Below are positions 56,354 to 64,000 of a stretch of 64,000 bases of DNA, in pieces (position 1 is the first letter of the stretch; each line of letters opens with the position of its first letter). Below the pieces are notes generated by a model. That model made no database searches, was not told the origin of the DNA, and was given only the letters and a program-made list of their open reading frames with translations. Position numbers and translations under genes: made by a program. The stretch is from Eledone cirrhosa (taxonomy: Eukaryota). The stretch spans positions 4,836,001-4,900,000 of the forward strand of contig OZ024766.1 in NCBI GenBank assembly GCA_964016885.1, written 5' to 3'.

Positions 56354-56749
56354 TATATTAGTAAAAGGAAAAGAAAATGCTGACAAATTTTTCCCAGTGA
56401 AAAATAGTTTAATTAGGAATAAGTACAAATTAGTAATAAGTATTGGTTAGTATTCAGTTTTAGTTTTAAGTTTTTACCGGTTGCTCATTTCTAATGCTTT
56501 TCAAAAATATTTTTGAGATAGAGTGCTCGTGTTTGCTCTAATCTATATATATACACACATCAGATTAGAGCAAACATCACGGGCGCTCTATCTCAAAATT
56601 ATTTTTGAAAAGCATTAGAAATGCGCAACCGGTAAAAACTTAAAACTAAATACTAACCAATACTTATTACTAATTTATACTTATTCCTAATTAAACTATT
56701 TTTCACTGGGAACAATTTGTCAGCATTTTCTTTTCCTTTTACTAATATA
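56354..56749. repeat. Near-perfect palindrome, ~190-bp arms
   Basis: TATATTAGTAAAAGGAAAAGAAAATGCTGAC... / ...GTCAGCATTTTCTTTTCCTTTTACTAATATA. Confidence 0.9.
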
Positions 56750-56872
56750 TATATCATCATCATCATCATCATCGTTTTACGTCCGTTCTTCCACGCTAGC
56801 ATGGGTTAGACGGGTTGTCCTGTTGTGGGCAGTGTCTGGTCGGCTGACCATGCCTTGCTCATACAGGGACTG

Positions 56873-56899
<27 letters not shown>

Positions 56900-56903
<4 letters not shown>

Positions 56904-57416
56904 AGAACAAAAGATGGTTAAAAGAGTTCCATGTATTTTATTATGCGCATTTCAAAAACAAATATCATCATGCAATAATATTTGTTTCATCAGATAAAAC
57001 AGGAAGACATGATATGAAGGTTAAAAAACACTTGTGGATAGTGCAGTTTTAAATCAACATATGAGAAGTAGTTTTAGATTGATGTGTGATATTGGGAAAA
57101 ATATTTTATTTAGAGGGGGGGTGGGGGTGGAAAGGATGAAAAAAAGAGGAGGAGATGAGAGTAAAAGGTGGAGAGGGAGGATGAGCTAGGAGGAGAGATG
57201 GGTGATAGAGAGAGAGAGATAGCTTTTATAACTGAGAAAGATATATTGTTGCATGATGATATTTGTTTTTGAAATGCGCATAATAAAATACATGGAACTC
57301 TTTTAACCATCTTTTGTTCTTATATATTATGTATACTCCAGTCCTACAAACTGTAGAGTGCTTCTTATCCGATATCTGCATTGCTTTATTGTACTACAAT
57401 AAAACTCACCTCCTAC

Positions 57417-57417
<1 letters not shown>
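56900..57417. mobile_element. Second copy of the 21135 hammerhead family (core on - strand ~56933-57000; truncated + arm 57243-57325)
   Basis: 57245-57417 is the reverse complement of 21043-21215; TGCGCA stem III retained. Confidence 0.75.
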
Positions 57418-57470
<53 letters not shown>

Positions 57471-57728
57471 GAGTTCAGTCACATCATCTGTGACTCAGCA
57501 CCAAGATTTCATGTCCAGTTACATGACATTACGATACAGCACCATTATTTTACGTTAAGACATGTCACATCTGTGTAACACAGCAGAAATATTTCGTGTC
57601 CTGTCACAACACACACGTGTGTGTGTGTGTGTGTGACAAAGAGCCATGACCCTTAGTGCAACTGTGTCACAACCCCATGTGACACAGTATCAAGATTTAG
57701 TTCAACAATATTACACCCACCATGTATG

Positions 57729-57761
<33 letters not shown>

Positions 57762-57885
57762 GTATGTGTGTGTATATATGTATGTATATATTTTTTTTCT
57801 TTTTTGTATTGTTTTTTTCTTCCCCACCCCCATTCCATAGTTTATGTATTTAAGTAGCTTGTCTTTGTTGTATATATATGCATAC

Positions 57886-58104
<219 letters not shown>

Positions 58105-58168
58105 TACATATATATATATATGCATATATATATATATATATGCATATATATATATATATATATATATG

Positions 58169-58310
<142 letters not shown>

Positions 58311-58336
58311 TACATATATATACATATATATATATG

Positions 58337-58632
<296 letters not shown>

Positions 58633-58720
58633 TACATATATATATATATGCATATATATATATATATATATGCATATATATATATATATATATATATATG
58701 CATATATATATATATATATA

Positions 58721-58958
<238 letters not shown>

Positions 58959-58985
58959 TATATATATATATATATATATGCATAT

Positions 58986-59061
<76 letters not shown>

Positions 59062-59221
59062 CATATATATATATATATATATATGTATATATGTGTACAT
59101 ATATATATATATATATGTATGCATATATATATATATGCATATATATATATATATATATGTATGCATATATATATATATATATATATGTATATATGTGTAC
59201 ATATATATATATATATATGTA

Positions 59222-59260
<39 letters not shown>

Positions 59261-59283
59261 ACATATATATATATATATATGTA

Positions 59284-59327
<44 letters not shown>

Positions 59328-59513
59328 CATATATATATATATATATATATGTATATATGTGTACATATATATATATATATATGTATACATATATATATAT
59401 ATATATCATCATAATTTTACGCCCGCTTTTCCATGCTTGCAAGGTGTGTATAAATATATATATATATATATAAACATATATATATACATATATATATACA
59501 TATATATACACAC

Positions 59514-59544
<31 letters not shown>

Positions 59545-59739
59545 CACACACACCTATATATATATATATACACACACACCTATATATATATATATACACA
59601 CACATCTATATATATATATTATTTTTTTGTTCAATCATTCAATGTCCTTGACAACCATCATCATCATCATTATTGTTGTAGTAGTTGTGGTGGTGGTGGT
59701 GGTGGTGGTGGTGGTGGTGGTGGTGGTGGTGGTGGTGCT

Positions 59740-59832
59740 TTAGAGTGGGAACAAGGAGAGGAAAGCCCTTGGTTGAAGCTGTCGACAAACAATCTCGAGT
59801 TCGTCTTCCTTGGAGCACGGATGGCCGGTCAA
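59740..59832 (-). CDS. F-box protein FBXO25/FBXO32 (atrogin-like), terminal exon
   Basis: TTACAG|[30 protein letters not shown]; matches the HPC...P..F..LF C-terminus of the family. Confidence 0.85.
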   Translation of the reverse strand: MTGHPCSKEDELEIVCRQLQPRAFLSLFPL

Positions 59833-59874
59833 CTGTAATGATAAAGTAGAGAGAGTGAGGGAGAGGGAGAGAGA

Positions 59875-60925
59875 GAGATACAGAGTAAGATACAGAGAGA
59901 GAGAGAGAGATACAGAGTGACAGAGAGAGATACAGAGTGAGGGAGAGAGATACAGAGTGAGAGAGAGAGATACAGAGTGAGAGAGAGAGATACAGAGTGA
60001 GAGAGAGAGATACAGAGTGAGGGAGAGAGATACAGAGTGAGAGAGAGAGATACAGAGTGACAGAGAGAGATACAGAGTGAGGGAGAGAGATACAGAGTGA
60101 GAGAGAGAGATACAGAGTGACAGAGAGAGATACAGAGTGAGGGAGAGAGATACAGAGTGAGAGAGAGAGATACAGAGTGAGAGAGAGAGATACAGAGTGA
60201 GAGAGAGAGATACAGAGTGAGGGAGAGAGATACAGAGTGAGAGAGAGAGATACAGAGTGACAGAGAGAGATACAGAGTGAGGGAGAGAGATACAGAGTGA
60301 GAGAGATACAGAGTGAGAGAGAGAGATACAGAGTGAGAGAGAGAGATACAGAGTGAGAGAGAGATTCAGAGTGAGAGAGAGATACAGAGTGAGAGAGAGA
60401 GATAGATACAGAGTGAGAGAGAGAGAGAGAGAGATACAGAGTGAGAGAGAGAGAGATACAGAGTGAGAGAGAGAGAGATACAGAGTGAGAGAGATAGAGA
60501 TACAGAGTGAGAGAGATAGAGATAGAGTGAGAGAGATAGAGATACAGAGTGAGAGAGATAGAGATACAGAGTGAGAGAGAGAGAGATACAGAGTGAGAGA
60601 GAGAGAGATACAGAGTGAGAGAGAGAGAGAGATACAGAGTGAGAGAGTGAGAGAGATACAGAGTGAGAGAGAGAGAGAGATACAGAGTGAGAGAGAGAGA
60701 GATACAGAGTGAGAGAGAGAGAGATACAGGGTGAGAGAGAGAGAGAGAGATACAGAGTGAGAGAGAGAGAGAGAGAGATACAGAGTGAGAGAGAGAGAGA
60801 GATACAGAGTGAGAGAGAGAGAGAGATTCAGAGTGAGAGAGAGAGATACAGAGTGAGAGAGAGAGAGAGAGAGATACAGAGTGAGAGAGAGAGAGATACA
60901 GAGTGAGGGAGAGAGAGATTCAGAA
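59875..60925. repeat. ~20-bp GA-rich minisatellite GATACAGAGTGA(GA)n
   Basis: Direct inspection; pyrimidine-rich on the coding (-) strand just before the acceptor. Confidence 0.95.
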
Positions 60926-61019
60926 GAAAGAATGAGAAATTAGATAGATTGAGGGGACGGGAGGGTTGGAATTGGGAAAAATGTCTTTAGATAAAAATAA
61001 CAGGTCCTTTCATGATAAT

Positions 61020-61256
61020 ATCATCATCATCATTCATTTTACGTCCCCTTTTGCCTGCTTGCAAGGGTGGGACGGGAACTGATTCTGGCTTGATTTCTAC
61101 AGCTGGATGCCCTTCCTAACACCAACCTCATTTACATTGAGTGCTGGGTGCTTTTTTGCTGTGGCACCTCCACAACCACTTTGCAGTGGAATGATGGGGA
61201 CCCCCAGTCCCTATCATCTCATTTCTACAGCTGAGTAAACTGGAGCAATGTGAAAT
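61020..61256 (-). mobile_element. SINE family A, 5'-truncated
   Basis: Reverse complement of 11108-11345. Confidence 0.8.
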
Positions 61257-61260
61257 ATAT

Positions 61261-61307
<47 letters not shown>

Positions 61308-61319
61308 AGTATATGTTTC

Positions 61320-61351
<32 letters not shown>

Positions 61352-61359
<8 letters not shown>

Positions 61360-62005
61360 ATAAATGGAAAACTATATTTATAAAACCATATCTATCTCAT
61401 TATATATATTTCGGGGATATCATATTAACAATATGCTATGCCTTCATCAGACAAAATACAATATAAACAGTTTTATAGATAAATAGATTCGACATACCGT
61501 TATAACACCGACTTCATTTCTCCCTTACTTGAGCTGAATAAATAGGTGGATAGATAAATGTATCATTGATACATTTACTCAAAATGACCTCCCACTACCT
61601 AATTTTCTATATATATATGTATCTATCTCTATTTCCTCTCTCTATATATATATATATCTCTTTCTGTTTCTTTACATGAAGTTCTTCGCTTTATCTATCT
61701 TTCCATCTCTCTATTTTGTTCCATGCATTTCCTCTTTCTCTTCTTTTTCTTCCTTTTCTTCGTTTTCTGTCTTTCTTTCTTTTTTCTCTCTTTCTTTCTC
61801 TCTGTGTAAAATTTTTTCACTGCCAGCTTAAACCTCTTCAAATGAAGTCGGTGTTATAACGGTATGTCGAATCTATTTATCTATAAAACTGTTTATATTG
61901 TATTTTGTCTGATGAAGGCATAGCATATTGTTAATATGATATCCCCGAAATATATATAATGAGATAGATATGGTTTTATAAATATAGTTTCCATTTATTT
62001 AATAT
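61352..62005. mobile_element. Inverted-repeat cassette with a hammerhead on each arm (- 61393-61458; + 61901-61966) and a CT-rich loop
   Basis: Plus strand: tattttgt CTGATGA agg c ATAgCATATT gtt AATATGaTAT c ccc GAAA TATATA TA^ atgagata; arms essentially identical. Confidence 0.75.
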
Positions 62006-62246
62006 TGTAAATATACTCCAAATATTTGTCGAGTGCTTTTATATCAGTTATAAATATTTACTAGTTGTAACCCAACAATTTTAAATATAACTTTCCATAT
62101 ATATATATATATATATATATTTTGAGTATATGTTTCCAGTTCCTCAGAGAAATAACAACACAACCAGGAGCTGGACATATCGATGTATTGACAGAGTAAA
62201 ACACACTTCAACAACATGTGTACCTGTCTTTCCCACACCAATTCGG

Positions 62247-62301
62247 ACTGCCTGAAGAGGTCACAGCCAATGAAGGCTGTCATCGAAATATATATAGCAG
62301 T
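62247..62301 (+). ncRNA. Minimal type I hammerhead ribozyme
   Basis: actgc CTGAAGA ggt c ACAGCC aatgaa GGCTGT c atc GAAA TATATA TA^ gcagt; perfect 5-bp stem I. Confidence 0.82.
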
Positions 62302-62723
62302 ATATCTATAATCACGAAAATTGACACAAATAACCGAAACTTTTTTAATGTCTCGAAAGGCCCCGATATATCGATTTTTGAAAGCCTTTGTAGATCATGT
62401 ACAGGTTTTGTGCAAGGAGAAACTCTGTAAAATATTTCAAAGAAATCGCATGAATGGTTTTGAATATATGAGCCCTCATTAAAAATTGTCCACACACACA
62501 CACACATACAGAAAACTAGATTTTTATATATATATATATATACAGATATATACACACTACAGTATATATATATATATATGATATGAAGCTGAGGGAGATG
62601 ACGAAGGAACACAACAAACAAGGAGGAGAAAGAGGAGGTTGTACTGGGAAAAGAACCAATACAATTCACGACCATGGAAAAAAAAATGGATGTTGATGGT
62701 GATGGTGATGATGATGATCTTAC

Positions 62724-62796
62724 CTTCCAGAATATACAATCACAGTTACAACAGATACACAACATGTCGGCAAAAGTATCTTTCCTTCCAAATCTC
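62724..62796 (-). CDS. FBXO25/FBXO32-like, penultimate exon
   Basis: (K)RFGRKDTFADMLCICCNCDCIFWK; TTGCAG/GTAAG boundaries; CxxC...WK as in the family. Confidence 0.88.
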
Positions 62797-63436
62797 CTGC
62801 AAAAGGAAAGAGAAAAAAAACCTGTAGATAAACTTCCAGTCTATTATGCCCTCTTCAGCTTCTTTCAGTATAAAGACCATAAGCAAACACACACAAAATC
62901 CACATACACACATGCCTATAGATTTACACACACACAATCCACACATGCACACACATATGCACACATACACCCATAGATTCATACACACACCGATATATAT
63001 ATATACACATCAATAAATGCATAATACTTTTTGGTCGATCAACTTCTCGCCTATTTCACCCTCTACAGTGACTTTTGGTATAAAGACCAAAAGCACACAC
63101 AGACACACACACACACCCATACATATATATATACACACACATCAATAAATACATACTTAACACATCTTCGGTATATCCACTTCCAGTCTATTTCACCCTC
63201 TATAGTGACTTTTGGTATAAAGACCAAAAGCACACACACAGACACACACACACACCCATACATATATATATATATATACACATACATCGATAAATACATA
63301 CTTAACACATCTTCGGTATATCCACTTCCAGTCTATTTCACCCTCTACAGTGACTTTTGGTATAAAGACCAAAAACACACACACAGACACACACACACAC
63401 ACACATATATACACACACACATCAATAAATACATAC

Positions 63437-63696
63437 TTAACACATCTTCGGTATATCCACTTCCAGTCTATTTCGCCCTCTTCAGCTTCCTTCGGTATAA
63501 ACACCAGAAGTTGGTCGTTGTTAAAGTTGTAGAAACACAACTGTTTCCACAAGATCTTCTCCTCGGACAGTTCATAGATGAAGCTGTTGGTCAGTCCTGT
63601 GTGGACAATGTCTTTGTGGTCGGTCAAGCGGAACAGAATGTCACGAATGCAGTCCTCCGGGAGGTCACTCAGGGTCAAACGGCCGTCATTCTCTCG
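63437..63696 (-). CDS. FBXO25/FBXO32-like, F-box exon (gene continues beyond the window)
   Basis: RENDGRLTLSDLPEDCIRDILFRLTDHKDIV...SEEKILWKQLCFYNF...EIDWKWIYRRCVK; F-box LxDLP and LWKxLC motifs; phases join to downstream exons. Confidence 0.9.
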
Positions 63697-64000
63697 CTGT
63701 TTTGTTGGAGAGAGAGAGAGAGAGTGTTAATGTGAGAAAGTGAGAGGGGGTGGAGATTGAGAGGGGGTGGGGGTGAGAGGGGGTGAAGAGTGAGAGGGGG
63801 TGGAGAGAGAGGGGGTGAAGAGTGAGAGGGGGTGGAGAGAGAGGGGGGTAGAGTAAGAGAGGAGGGGGTAAAAGGAGGGGTAAAAGAGAGAGGGCGAGAG
63901 TAAGGTAAGAGAGACGGGGGGAGTAAGGTAAGAGAGACGGGGGGAGTAAGAGAGAGAGGGGTTGGGTAAGAGAGAGAGGGGGAGAGTAAAACAGAAAGAG

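Overview
Eukaryotic (animal) genomic DNA, extremely rich in (TA)n/(CA)n microsatellites. The repeat landscape suggests an octopus-like cephalopod, but that is inference. Nearly all ORFs in the supplied track are microsatellite artefacts. Three spliced protein-coding genes can be assembled by hand. (1) A + strand gene of at least ~2030 aa: one giant repeat-built exon (11-5882, possibly open past the window edge) plus a terminal exon (8424-8647) ending in a RAD51AP1/RAD51AP2-type RAD51-interaction motif (LRVGLSRRQKLPSLHPYIK). (2) A complete phosphotriesterase-related gene (PTER, - strand, 8 coding exons, 41791-15232, 350 aa, all metal ligands intact). (3) The last three exons of an FBXO25/FBXO32 (atrogin-like) F-box gene (- strand, 63696-59740). 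The most striking non-coding signal is about 20 minimal hammerhead ribozyme cores (CUGANGA...GAAA, tiny and often palindromic stem III) from several sequence families. Most lie as outward-facing pairs on the two arms of 230-720 bp inverted-repeat cassettes embedded in (TA)n, a pattern consistent with non-autonomous Penelope-like retroelements. Also present: mariner relics, tRNA-derived SINEs sharing a 3' tail with RTE-type LINE fragments, R4/Dong-like and Tx1-like LINE ends, and many minisatellites that begin at or copy exon boundaries.
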